A stretch of 59,817 nucleotides of DNA, filler included, from Bipalium vagum (lineage: Eukaryota), in the NCBI GenBank assembly GCA_037834085.1. It is 3 parts of 3 records of this genome, joined end to end, with 100 filler letters (N's around TTAATTAATTAA, not from the genome) between each part and the next. Parts side by side here need not be neighbours in the genome. Positions count along the whole stretch, not along the records: positions 27,071 to 43,491 come from JBBMKC010111800.1; positions 43,592 to 59,817 come from JBBMKC010121925.1; 1 more part is not named here. One strand, given 5' to 3'. Positions 38,886 to 52,514 of this stretch are shown one piece after another. Both the position numbers and the translations under genes were made by a program. The notes below the pieces were generated by a model. That model saw nothing but the letters and a program-made list of their open reading frames with translations. It did not search any database and had not been told where the DNA came from. Each line of letters opens with the position of its first letter. The stretch's first letter is position 1.

Positions 38886-39802
38886 ATGTTTCGAAATCAA
38901 TACGATCACGATGTTACTGTTTGGAGTCCCCAAGGCAGAATACATCAAATAGAATATGCAATGGAGGCCGTCAAACAGGGATCGGCCACTGTCGGTTTAA
39001 AAAATCAAGACTACGCAATTCTTGTAGCCTTAAAAAGAGCACCATCGGAATTGAGCTCTTATCAGGAAAAGATTAACAAAATCGATGACCATGTTGGTGT
39101 CAGCATTGCCGGCTTGACTGCCGACGGTCGGTCGCTATCCAACTATATGATTAAGCAATGCCTCGATCGCAAATGGAACCATGGCGAACCTCTTCCAATC
39201 TCCAAGATGGTTTCCAGTGTGGCCTACAAGATGCAGCTGCCAACACAGAAATACGGAAGTCGACCATTTGGCGTGGGTATTCTCATCGGCGGATTTGACA
39301 CGAAGGGGCCTCACATTTACTATGTGTGTCCGTCTGCCAATTCCTACGATTGTAAAGCAATGGCGATCGGATCGCGATCCCAATCGGCTCGGACGTATCT
39401 GGAGAAAAATATGGAACAATTCCGGACCTGTTCTTTGGATGACTTGATCGCCCACGGACTGCAATCGCTTTGCGACACGCTCCCCAACGATATGAGCCTC
39501 AATCCCAAGGTAACGCTTCTTTCTGCCAGCGTCGTATTTTTATTGGTCGGTACCTTTTTTAGAACTGTACCGTTTCCGTAGTCGGGCGAGACAAGGAATT
39601 CGCGATTTTAGGCGACGCAGAATTGTCCGAATATCTCAAGCGCATCAAAGTAACGAAGAGTCGCGATCAGCCCGTCGATGTCGTCTCACCGGAACCAATG
39701 GTAACTGATACCATTGCACCCGAAATAGTCCCTGGCGGAGTTCCGGTCGATATCGATAGACCGCTGGAAAAGATGGATGAGGATCATCAAGCGCAGGAAT
39801 GA
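38886..39802 (+). CDS. PSMA1: Proteasome subunit alpha type-1 (alpha6), 287 aa
   Basis: Exons 38886-39509 and 39563-39802 (53-nt GT-AG intron). N-terminus [39 protein letters not shown]; [14 protein letters not shown]. Confidence 0.97.
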
Positions 39803-40888
39803 TATATTTTGGTTTGATGGTTCGGCACAAAAATATATTGATTGTTGAAATAAAGCGTGTTTTACTTTAATCTGTCCGTTTCACCATAAATTTAATTTTT
39901 TTTGTTTAGAGTCGATTTTTAGGGGAAAAAATTAACTGGACAGTTTAATTAAAGGATAATTTTAAACCGTTATTTATTGATTATATTTATGTGAAATTTT
40001 TTGTGTTACATTCGTGTTAAAACTTTTTAATTAAAATTTAATACTGATATTTTGTGGATAACGATGCTAGTATAACTAATTACTAAAATTAACGTAGATT
40101 TCAATAGAAAATTCTCTGTTTAAGTACTAACATTTTTGACAGTTTTTGTCTTGTTTAATTAATAAGTAGTATTAAAAATTTTTGGTTATCCGAAAATCAT
40201 AATATGAGATATTAAGGTTATAAAAAGTTCAAACCGATCTGGATGCCAAAAAGAAATTTGTGGCTATGGCTGATGAACAATAGTGATATTACAGAACACG
40301 AGTATGGATTGACGGGATTGAGAATAAAACTCTTTAGACAGAATTCAAATCAGCCCGTTACGCACTTTTTTTTTATCTATGATAAATGTATTCACGGAGA
40401 ACTTTCAAGATTTGTACTCGGGTATCAAACGAGTTTGGTGAATGAGGAGTAACCATAAAGATCCTGATAGAGTACTGTGAGATCTGAACTCAATTTATAA
40501 AAAGTCTGCTGTTAATTTACTCATTTTTTTCTCTATGTTTATGTTGCGAATTGATTTATTAGAGACAGTTATAGTTGATATAGTACCTGGTGGTGGTTAT
40601 TAAAAATTATGAGAATCTTATAATTTTTGTGTGATACCATCATTATGATTTTAGACTTACATGTTGTAAACTTAACGAATGGTTTTTAACGTTAACAAAC
40701 ACAAACAAGTTACATTTAGATTCAGGCCTTTATTGAGGCTGTTTAATATTAATATTTAAAAAATGTCCTTTTCACGGTAGTAAAACGTATTTTTCATAAG
40801 CAAAATATTGAAGACATGTTATAAAGGTTAAAAGGTAGTGACTTTACTTGATGTACCTGTTTGGATTATAACCTACACTAATTAAGTA

Positions 40889-41960
40889 CAGTAACCGCTC
40901 GATATAAGCAATAAAAAGAAACAAATAAATTTTTTATATCGAAAAATTGCTTATATAGAATTTTTATTTTTGAGTAAAAAAACACGTATAAAACTAGCAA
41001 TTAATATAATATTTTTTCACTACAGCCTTCTCTCGAATTCTACGCAATAAAAGCATCTCATTGATCGAGATATTATTATTTTCACCCCATTCTATAACAG
41101 TATTGAATGAGTTAATAACATTGTCAATGTTTTTCTTTATGCCTAAATTGAAACTAAAATAAATTAAAATATTATGCATAAAAAAAAATTTTTTCCAGGA
41201 TATTTGACACAGTAATATTCTGATAAGATTTCTCTTTTGTTTTTCTTAGACTTACAAAGTGATAACGAATTTTTGGCTCACGAACTCCTTCTGAAAAAAT
41301 ATAAATAATAAAAACCAATTAACAAAAAAAGGTTTATTTGCCATGACAATAAACACAAAGTCTATAAATTATAATTATTATCAACACAACAATTATTATT
41401 CAATTTAATATTTTCTTGTGTTTTTTATAAAAAAGATGATCTGATGACAAAAATTCATATTCTGTTGCTTTGAGCGAAGCAAAATTGAGTTAGCAAGGAA
41501 AAACTGAAAAGAAAAGAAAATGTTTTAAAAATAGTGATGAGAAGGATTTACTTTTATCACTAAAATAAATAAATAGTATTATTTAACAAGATTGAAAATA
41601 AATAAAGGTTCTGCTTCAAAATAATAATACAATTCCTTACCTTTTACCTCTTCATAAGTCTTTCGGTAGGATATCTGAAGCGTATTCTTTAAAATCTTAG
41701 AGGCAAATTGGACTGAAATCGCATCGATATTAATAATACGAATTTTCATGTTTTAGACTTTCTGAATGGCTAAAACAGTTTCTTATTAAATCTGGAGCTG
41801 ATTTTACTATTTTTAACTGATCTTTTCTATTAACAAATACAACCTAAATTTAGAAACAACCGCTTATAATCGTTGTTAAATGTTTCTAAATTTATTAAGT
41901 TACTTATTTTCGTATCATATTTTGTTTAGCATTTATGAAAATAACTTCCTCTAGTAACGT
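40889..41960 (-). mobile_element. pogo/Tigger-like remnant
   Basis: TA-CAGTAACCGCTCGATATAAG TIR-like end; minus-strand EMLLLRRIREKA resembles the Tigger C-terminus; right boundary approximate. Confidence 0.5.
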
Positions 41961-42795
41961 TTCATTTATTTCAGTTTTACTCAGTGATTTTTACAAATGA
42001 TGATTAATTTGTGATTATTATTATTTACCATACTTTATAATTATTTTAATTACAATATTATTATTTATAGTTATAACTTTAATTTAAATATTATTATTAT
42101 TTATTTGGCCTTTACGAGACCTTTTCATACACAAAATAAAATCATTGTTTAAAAATTTTTTAATAACAATAAAAATAATATCAAATAACAGCACCATATT
42201 TTTAATTTTTAGATCTGTTAAAACATTATCAATAATCCACACAAAATATCCTACTTAAGTGTGTCTTAAATACATTAAAAGCTCTAAACGATCAGCTCAG
42301 AACGAATCAAAAGGAATAATGGTCACTTTTGCATCGTTTATTATGGAACGGTAATAGAAGCGAATAGGTTGATTTATTTAAGGTTTCACTATAACTATAA
42401 TAACTCGAAAACCCATCTCAAATGTCTTTTCAAGGTAACGATTACAATAATAATTTTTATTCGCTATATGTATACTGAATAAAAAAAGTCAGGAATTAAA
42501 AGTTCAAATACCAGATTCATCTTTTGCAGTACGATTTGATACATTCAATCGTTTTTGCAAATCTAACAAATAAAATCTTTATTAAATAAAAATTAACAAA
42601 TAAAAAATAATTAAGCTACACTACCTCTTAATCAAAATACCTCTAATGGTCTTTTTTATTTATTCTGATTTCATATTTACCCAGTTTATCATATATCAAA
42701 CCAAGTTATGGATAAAATTTAATAAAGTCAATCTCATCTTATTAAAAAAATGAACAAATCATCGTCAATCTCCACGAGCATGTGCTGCACCACGT

Positions 42796-43591
42796 TCATA
42801 TTATGACAGAATTGCGTCGTTGCCTTCTTTGAAATCGTCTAGGGTGAATACTTTTGATCAAAAATTTGAGAATCGAAATTTATAACACGAATATACAAAT
42901 ACTACTTCGGTAGTTCAGGTGAACTAAGCAAAGTTTATGATTATGTTAGCTTAAATATTAAAATTATTCAATTTTAATGCATATAAAAACATTATTTTCC
43001 CGCTAACTTGATATACTGGTGGAAATATATTTTCATACACCACATTTTTGAAATGTTTTTAAACAGTACATTTTATTTTAAGTTCACTACTGGTATTATA
43101 ATGAGTTATGATTTTTAAAGTATTAATACATATTACTTTTTTAAAATATTATTAGCCGCAGTATCAAGATGAGGTATTTTTTGTTAACTCTTTTTAAAAC
43201 ACACACAAAAATCTACCATTATTTAAACAAAAACTTTTCATTCAATAAATTAGTTTAACATTCCTTTTTATTTTCAAACATAAATTTATATTAAATGTCA
43301 TTTTAGAATTTAAGAAAAGAAATCTTTAAAATATAAAATGATCTAAGTTGAATTAATTTTAAATATTATGAAAATCTAACGTATTCTACAATCTGTTTAA
43401 ATATCGGGTTGTCCGGAAAGTTCGTGCGTTTTTTATTAGAAAAACAAAGACTGCTTTTTTACAGAAAAATATATTTTTATTAACAAATATANNNNNNNNN
43501 NNNNNNNNNNNNNNNNNNNNNNNNNNNNNNNNNNNTTAATTAATTAANNNNNNNNNNNNNNNNNNNNNNNNNNNNNNNNNNNNNNNNNNNN

Positions 43592-43663
<72 letters not shown>

Positions 43664-45304
43664 ACAATTTCACATTCCTTTGCTGGGAGAATTCAATAAC
43701 ATCCAATATTTTCCACGAGGGGCCATCGTTTTATTGGCTCATTTTGCATATAAATGGTCAAAAACGATGCAAGTCTCATCGAGTGATTGTGGAATGGATA
43801 TAGACATAAACGAGTTTCGTTCATCATTGTTGTGTTATCCGATAAGATAATATCATTCGTCATTTTAATAGTAATTATCATTTATTATCAGATATACTTA
43901 AAATGACTGAAATAAATTAAATAGATATACTAATGAACGAACAACTGCTTAATGTTATCTTATGAAATCCAGATTATCAGTAACATTTAAATTTGATCAG
44001 CTCGGTTTTGAAATAATATTATTAATAATAATAATGATAATGATAATAATAATAATATGGTAATAATAATAATAATAATCCCGTTTCATTTGTAATTTCT
44101 GCTGCCATCGCCGAGAAAAGCTGGTCGAACATATATATATACGGGAATGTTAGGCGATTTATCTGCTTTGGTGGTAATATTAAATGACTGATCCAAGAAA
44201 TGTAGATAGAATAAAGATAAGTAATAAACAAATCAGATTTATGTGCCCATTTATATTGCGTGTAGTATTAAACTTAAGAATTTTAATAATGACAGTTAGA
44301 TTGTATCTACAGTTTCCCAATTTCTAGTTCGGCGAATTTTCTTATCTTGATGATCAAAAATTTCAACCAAATCAACTGACAAGAGTTGAGTTTCAAAATT
44401 CTTTTCAACAACAAAAATAATAATAAAATAAAATGATAATAATAATAATAATAATGACGAAGAAAATTCGAAATTTCATTTAATACAACAAAAAGAGCGG
44501 ATGGTTCTGTCCAAGGAGATATTGTGAAAAACGACACAATCGGACAAGAAACACAATTTTCGCCTTCAGCTTTTACCTTTTACATTGATTAGTGTTCACA
44601 TATATATATAATGATATATATTTATACTTATACACATATATATCAATGTATAGAGAGAGAGAGAGAATAAGAGATACATAATGCAAAAATAGTGTTATTG
44701 AAATAAGGTTAGGCGTCTGATATCAGATAAGATAACATCTTTTATCATTAACGAAAGATGAAAGAGGGCGCTGGCGACAATCAAAACAACAGACTTATAC
44801 CAGATTACAGATCATGATAATTCCTTTGGGCTGTGTTGCTAAAAATGTGTAAGTTATGGGTGAATAGGAAAATCTCTAACGAAAATTTCTCCTTAATCGC
44901 ATTAATTATAATCATAATAATAATAATAATCATAATAATAATCATAATAGTAGTAAAAGTAATACAATAATAAAAATAACGATCAAAAATATTAATTAAT
45001 AAAATCAAATGATGGAACACGACAGAAAATTTAAGATAATAATAAAAACGGGACTTTCGTTACTGAAAAAACCACACCAAAACGAACAATAAAACAATTC
45101 TGTCTTCAAAAAAACAGACGACAAAAAAACCCAATACAGTCGTTGTTGTTTTCCAATGGGCAACGACAAACGTCAATGGGGTCACTTGCCATGAACGGAA
45201 CAATGGAAACGAAAGCGTTCTACCAACAGGGATTATGGAAAAACGTTAACAACGGAAAAAATGGCAAAGCAATCAAAGAGAAAATTACCTCGGTTCTTGG
45301 ACAT
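42796..45304 (-). CDS. Candidate micro-exon gene, 64-aa basic protein (hypothetical)
   Basis: Exons 45304-45289, 45219-45186, 44838-44809, 44187-44143, 43906-43898, 42923-42906, 42838-42796; all AG/GT-bounded and phase-consistent. The model spans an assembly gap and no homolog was recognised. Confidence 0.35.
43492..43591. other. Assembly gap (44 N + TTAATTAATTAA + 44 N)
   Basis: Linker at 43536-43547. Confidence 0.95.
43592..43661. repeat. (TAA)n microsatellite
   Basis: Perfect TAA repeats directly after the gap. Confidence 0.95.
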
Positions 45305-47289
45305 AGTTGCGAAAATGTGACCGATTCCTTGAGAAGAATATTCTGATATGTTCAATTCAGCCTATTTTTAATTACAAATTCGAATTTGTGTTTGCCAGTG
45401 TATTCTTATCTTTTATTATCAGTTGATAGAAGGAAATAAGAGGGAGAGAATTACTGATAAGAATTGCATAGACATCATATTTTGCATAAACGCATGCATG
45501 TTTACAAACCAACACACACGGACACACACCCTTCAACGGAATCGGATAATTTCATTAGCTGGTTGAAGTTTTTCTTTTTTATTTTCCAATTTCAACTTTT
45601 GACAGTGTTCAATGAACGTTGTGTGTGTGTCTCATCTGTGTATGGGTGTGTGTCGTGTTCATGGCATGCCTGCACAATTTTGTCGTTATCGTTTATCTTA
45701 TCTATATCATTTTGTCTGTCTGAGCGATTGTTTAAGTAGTTGGTTATAAGTTTGTATGCGACAAATATCGACAAATCATTTTCAATCCGTGCCGGTATGT
45801 ATCTCGGTTTGGTTGATAGAGAAAATTACAATTATTTAATTAAAATGAATTTAATTAAATTAATGTCATTACAATTTTTTTTATTAATATTCCATGCTTT
45901 CAAATCCATATTATCATCATCATCATCATCATTCATTCGTTCGTTCGTTCGTTCTTTTTTTTGTTTTCGTTTCTGTTCTCGTTAGATTTTGTCCGGTTGC
46001 GAAATTTAGTTACTAACTAATTGAAAGTAAATTATATAATATATATTGTTATTGGTATTATATTTTGCTTATCCGTTTTACATATGGTACTTATTACATG
46101 ACAGTATCAAATTAAGATTTTTGTTAGATTAAATGTTTATCATCTTGTTGAATAATGGAAATGGTGATATCAACTTTAATTTCATCTTTTTATTAAACTG
46201 GATGAAATTTATTGATAATTTGATTAACTATTTACTGTTTTTATTAATGGTAACTGGCAATTTAAACACGACTGATAATCTGTGTTTTTAATAAATTTCA
46301 TTAATATTGATAATAAAATCAATATTTTATCATTAATAAATCACCAATAATTTTCGATTGAAATTAAATTGATTAACAATTTATTCAATTGTTTAAATAA
46401 TGTCTTTTCAGTACTTTTAAAAGGATGCCGTTCCACCATTCCACCAACGATAATTTTTCCATTGATTATTCTCTAATAAAGTTCTAATAATAATCATAAT
46501 AATAATCATAATAATAATCATAATAATAATAGTAATGCGGATTGTTATCGAAAAGTTTATCTAATCTGAAATAATGATGTAATTTTTTTGATCGATACTT
46601 TGAGATTTTATTTCTTCTTGACTTAATATCAAATTACTGAATAACGTTTTAAATCTTATTACATTATTATGAACCATTTTAGTAACTTTTTTATCAATTA
46701 CAGCATCCATTTTTTAATTACTATGGGTTTTTTTTTACCTATTTTTAAATGTAAAACAGTTTGCTAAATTCTTTAAAAATTCTGAAACAAAAGAGTTTTC
46801 AGGGGGATGAGATCATTTGAATTTCATTGATATATGATACTTAATGATCTGAGTATCCATTATCACTAAATAAAGGTTCAAAACCCTAGGCATAAATTGT
46901 ATAAGTATTAGGGAAAACATTAACTGGAAATACAAAATAGTTCCAGAAATATAAATAATCGTGTTAAAAAATCTCATTCGAAGAGATCTTGGCAAAGTTG
47001 AACAATAAAAGATGTCACATTTAATGACTTTCTCCATAAAAGAGGTCATGCCAAATTTAACAATATCATCATAATATAACTATTATTATTTTAATACTAT
47101 TCTTGATCTCAATATATTCCACGTTATCTTTTCTATGAAGATATCCATTTGGTTTTTCCTGTGTTCTTGTTCATTTACGAATCAAAGAATTTTTAAATTT
47201 TTGTCTTTTCTTTTGTAAATTTTTTGTTTAATAGTAAAAAATATTGAAGCATAATTAAATTTTTCTTTTCCACTTTGTAAAAAATTGTA

Positions 47290-47456
47290 NNNNNNNNNNN
47301 NNNNNNNNNNNNNNNNNNNNNNNNNNNNNNNNNNNNNNNNNNNNNNNNNNNNNNNNNNNNNNNNNNNNNNNNNNNNNNNNNNNNNNNNNNNNNNNNNNNN
47401 NNNNNNNNNNNNNNNNNNNNNNNNNNNNNNNNNNNNNNNNNNNNNNNNNNNNNNNN
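47290..47456. other. Assembly gap (167 N)
   Basis: N-run without linker, probably a sized gap. Confidence 0.95.
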
Positions 47457-49779
47457 TAATATTAAGAATAAATATTATAATGTGACAAAGAGAAAAACAT
47501 AATATTCTTTTCATTTTATAATATTTCAGATATCATAATACAAATGATAAATGTAAACCAGAATGGTAAATATACTAATGTGTTAATATTAAACTAAATT
47601 GTAACCCTATCAGTAACTTTATACAATTTATTGGAGAGTAATTAAAGAAGACCTTTAAAAATAAAACAAGGGGAACATAAATAAATATGTAATAAAAAAA
47701 TAAAAATAGATGTGAATTGTTTTGAGTATTATGGTAAATTTTTTATTACTGTAAATATTGAATCGAGGGTTGTATAAAGAATAAAAAGATAAAAAGATGA
47801 GAGAAGAAAGTCGTTTGATCTAATTCTAGTCATATTAATATATTACTTCTTTGGTTGATGGTGTGGAACAATAAGGCAAAGCAATGAGATTCATAGAAAT
47901 ATATAGATGAGTTTTTACACAAAGTAACTTGAAGGGAAAAGTGATTTTCGCTAGAACTCTGCATAATATTTTCTGCTTGAATCATAATCCGTGAAGCACA
48001 AAACGATAATCGTTTTGGAATAAATTGAAAGTAAAGCCTGAATCGTAAAATATTCTCATAATTATTAAAGATGGTTTTTTGTCAAAAATCTTTCTGAACA
48101 TGTTTTCTCTTGAACAAATCGTAATATATTATTGTTCTGTTCATGCTTATGAAATGTTTTAAGAAAAAATTCTTTCCCTCATATTTTTTAAAAAAATGTT
48201 TTTACAAATGCTAAAAATATAAAAATTTCATTTAAACTTTTTTCCTGTAATATAAAATAATTTTTTAATGAAGGAAAGTGTAATTTATTTAATTATCATT
48301 GCAATAAAACAAATATAAAGATTGGGAGGGAGAAAATATTTTTAATTAATTAAATTACTAAAATATTAAATTAATAATTAAATTATTTATTTATTTATGG
48401 AATTACGTTTCGCATATTTGGAATTTTAGATTTCACAGAGAAAATACAAAATCTAAATAAATTACCTGTTTATTATATTATTATTTGATATTTTTGTATC
48501 CATTAACAAAGTGGATTTGTTTAAAATAGACCTTTTGTGTATGTGATATCGTGTAATTGTTTTCAAATGTTTACAAAGTTTTTTATTATTAAAAAAGCTT
48601 CATATTTCAAAATCTTCTATTGTGAAGAAAAAAGAATATTGTTTTAAATTCTAAACTTTGACTATGATCATTTCAACATTTAATGAATACATAACCCAAT
48701 CAATCACACAATGCTCTGGAATGTTAAACATATTAGACAGGAAAATGTTGTAACTGGCCTTGGAATCATTAAAGATTCTATAAAATCCTTAAGAGCAGGG
48801 AACCAAAGCAGGTAATGAGACAATACAAAATGCTTGTGGTTTAAGATTAGCATTTTATACAATATTTTCAGAAATATAACATAACCTACCAACTGAACAA
48901 CAACATAAACTGATCTATCATAATCATAAAACTTTGGAATAAGGCCCACTTAGATATGCAAATGAGATCAAAGAGATGTCTGGGAATTGTAGTCCAGGAA
49001 GACTAGTGAAAACAATTACCTTGAAAGATCATCTAAGCAAGAAAATGATGAACAGAATCAGAGCAGTACAAATGAATGATACATTATTCAGAAGTATCGC
49101 ACTAATGAACTGCCGACAAATAAAATCCTTTAAAAATCCGCAGCTGCAGAAAGAGTTTTGAGATAAAAGAATCTGTCTCATACATTGTGTGTGATTGCAA
49201 CTTCATAATTTATGTGGTACGAACATCCATGATGGTGTAAACGAAATGCTAGTTAATCTGCTAGCGACAATGAAAAAAATTGTAAATAAACATCGAACCA
49301 AAAGAAATTTTTCAGTTGAAAACTTCATTCCAAATATTCAATTGGTCAACAAAAGAGTAAAAAACATAATACTCAACGTCTAAATCCCGATCAGTGAGCT
49401 CGGCCTGATCTAATGACGGGATAAATAAAGAGAAATATCATATTCCACTTACCGAGGCTAAAGATGAATTCAGAAGAAAATGAGACTAACATCAGTTTCT
49501 TTATAATGGGGGGTCAGATGATCACGAATTCGATTAAACCATTAAAAATAAAGATATTATGATTGAAACAGACTGAGATCCATACTATCATGGGCAAATA
49601 CATTATCACAATGACTATAAACTCTCTTAATATTAGAAAAAAATTGCAAGTTAAAGGCCGAGAAAACAGCAAAGAACTACCAGAGGTGTAATAGATTCAT
49701 ATCTTGGATTTGAAAAAAATCTTTCTTCTGTATTTCATATTTTTGGCTTCTGAGAATAAATCAAACTGTATCAAAGTTC

Positions 49780-50000
49780 ATTTCTAAACCGTAAATATGG
49801 CCCAAAAAGAACAATATACCGTTCTATACCGGAAAACTACTTTAAGATGTTTTACAATGTCTTAAAAATGAAAACATCCATGCACTCATAATACTTCGCT
49901 TCTCTAGATTTACATTTATTAGATCGCTGACACGCGCAGTTATTAACCAGCACTTTATGTCCTTATGAAGAAATTACAGGTGTGATTTGTGAACGATCAG
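49780..50000 (+). mobile_element. Mariner 3' remnant
   Basis: Degraded HP..S..LAS.DLHL.RSL....QHF.S.EEI pattern. Confidence 0.45.
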
Positions 50001-51822
50001 GCTAGATAAATACAAATATTTACAGAGAAAAATAAATAATAAAAACTTATGGACTTTAAACCTACTGGTGGTAATAACCTAAAAAGGATCTTTCTTCAAA
50101 TAAAAAATTCTTGTTATTTCTCATTACATTATTACAAAGCCATATTAAGCTAATAATCCAATTAAAATTGAATGTTTATGCTATATGTTTACAATATATA
50201 TTATGTCGATTTAGAGCTTTGAGAAAACAACTATCTCCTACACAGAAATCGTATTATAAAATTATACTGTTTTAGTAATTCTTTTTTGGTTCTTTATGCA
50301 TGGTTCATTTCTAAAAATATATTAAGAAATTTTAATTATAATTAATTAGTTATTGGTTATTATTAAACACATAAAAATAATTTTTCTTTATTATTAATTT
50401 GTTTCCTCACAAAATTCTTCTTAAAACTTTAAACTCTTCTTTAAACTCAGCATAATTTTTTATATCTAAATTTTATCAAATTTAAACAAACTGGTATTAC
50501 GATTAAACTAAAATTTTTCCAAAGGGTTTTATTATTTAAACTGCTGAAGATTAAATAATTTAAAAACACGAAAATAAACCATTTTAAAGTTGTTACTATA
50601 ATTCACTTGGATTTCTTTTTGCTCTTTAAAAGAATTAATCCTTGAGTATATTTATTCTTTATAAGCTATTTTGTATGAAAACTCTTTCAAAATTCAAGGT
50701 TTTGAAACAAATTTCTGTTTCATTTATATACATGTACATTCCAAAAGAGCTCAAGCTCATAAAAATCTACAAATAAAAAAATTAAAGTTCTCAGTTCTGT
50801 TTCACTTCATATTTGTAATTCAGTGAAACATATTCTTCTACATAAGTGAATGTGTACATGTATAAAATAAAATTCAGAATATATTTTATTTATATTTTTC
50901 AATTTGTAATATTGATCAATTTTTGGTCATATTTTGGAAATTCTCGGAAATAATTTTTCACTCAATATATTTTCCAATAAAAGAGAAAAATTATAATTTT
51001 ATAATAATTTTATTATTAATCATTAAATTATTAATATCGTCGATTCACAATTAATCCGAAAAACCATCTTGAATCTGACGAAGTCATTAAAATATGTCTG
51101 AGATGAAAAGTCTTAATGGTTGATAATTACTGTTCACTTTTATTACACTTATTTAATTCCAGTCAATTTTGGATTCTCATAGTCCTTTTCAAAAATCTTT
51201 CCCAGAGAAAATCAGCAAATTTTAGTAGAAATATTTTCATTATCCATTCACCTATACAGAACCGATTGAAAAGGTTTTAAAATTAAAACTTCTCATATCT
51301 TTGTAAATGATGAAGTCAAAAATTTTCTAATAAGAAAGTTTATCTTCCTTCCTGTGATTTAAAACAAACTACCGATTTTAAACCTGCTTTGATAGGTAGG
51401 GTAGGCCTTATAACCATGTGGATGTGGAGCTTATAATCACAATATGTAAATTGTATTTTATTTTTATTCTTTTCATATAACACTGTTTTAATGTAAACCT
51501 ACGTAAATTTTAAAAAACGTTTAATAAAATTTCATAAAACTTCTTTCGATCAAATCAAATTAACAGAATTAATTAATAATTAATTTATGATGCGGTGTTT
51601 CCAGAATTTTTTGAAACAGTTTCAATTTTTCTCCTTAAATGTTGAGTCAAAAGTTATTCATGTTTTGAATTATTTAAAGTTCTTGTTTTACCATATCATT
51701 TAATAATACTATTTATATGAAAAAATAGGTATCATTTAAAAGACCTTGAAATGGAGAATGTAATTACATTTTAAAAGTTAAATTTATAAAATTCAATTTA
51801 CTTATTTTTACAGTTAGAATTA

Positions 51823-52417
51823 TTTGAAGAAAATGCAATAATTCGGATCCTATTACGTCATTATTGAAAAAAAGTCTATCAGGTGCAACTGCGACTCGAG
51901 AAATTTACGACGTTGAAGGCAAGGATGTAATCAAGAAAAATACGGCTCAGTGGTGGTTTCGTCGCTTTAATCAGCGAGATACCCGTCTTGAAGATCAGGA
52001 ACGTTCAGGTTGACCATTGGTGGTGAACAAGGTAGAGTTTTTCACCCTAGTAAAGCAGCGGTTCAGTACAACCACCCGAAGGCTGTCATGGGAGCTCAAG
52101 CATTCTCAAAGCACCATCATTCGTCATCTGCATAAGATGGGTTTTGTAAATAAAAATACACTCCGAGTTCCCATGAATTGACAGATAATCAAGTCAAGCG
52201 TCGAGTTGATCTTACTCCAGAATTCCAAAGACTTTGGGAGGCGCATTGTTACAAGAGATGAAAATTTGGTTTTCTTCAGTAACTCAAGTAGAGGTAAGCT
52301 GTGGCTTCAGCCTGGTGGCCTACTCAGCAAGTGGTTTCACCAGATTGCTTCGAAAAGAAAGTGATGTTGTGCGTTTGGTGGAATTACCAGGCACCTGTGC
52401 ACTGGGATCTTGTTCCG
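51823..52417 (+). mobile_element. Decayed mariner transposase (5' two-thirds)
   Basis: TAQWWFRRFNQRDTRLEDQERSG*P, a frameshifted WVPHEL-like motif, RIVTRDE, KKVMLCVWWNY. Confidence 0.85.
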
Positions 52418-52514
52418 TGTGAGATAAATATATAAATTTAATAATCACAGAATTCAAATTGCTTAAAGAATTTTGGCATTTTTTTAATAAATAAAAATTT
52501 ATTTATATTAAAAA

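Noticed and set aside
39135-39464. Antisense and alternative-frame ORFs overlapping PSMA1
   Set aside because: Shadow ORFs of a GC-richer coding region with no recognisable motifs.
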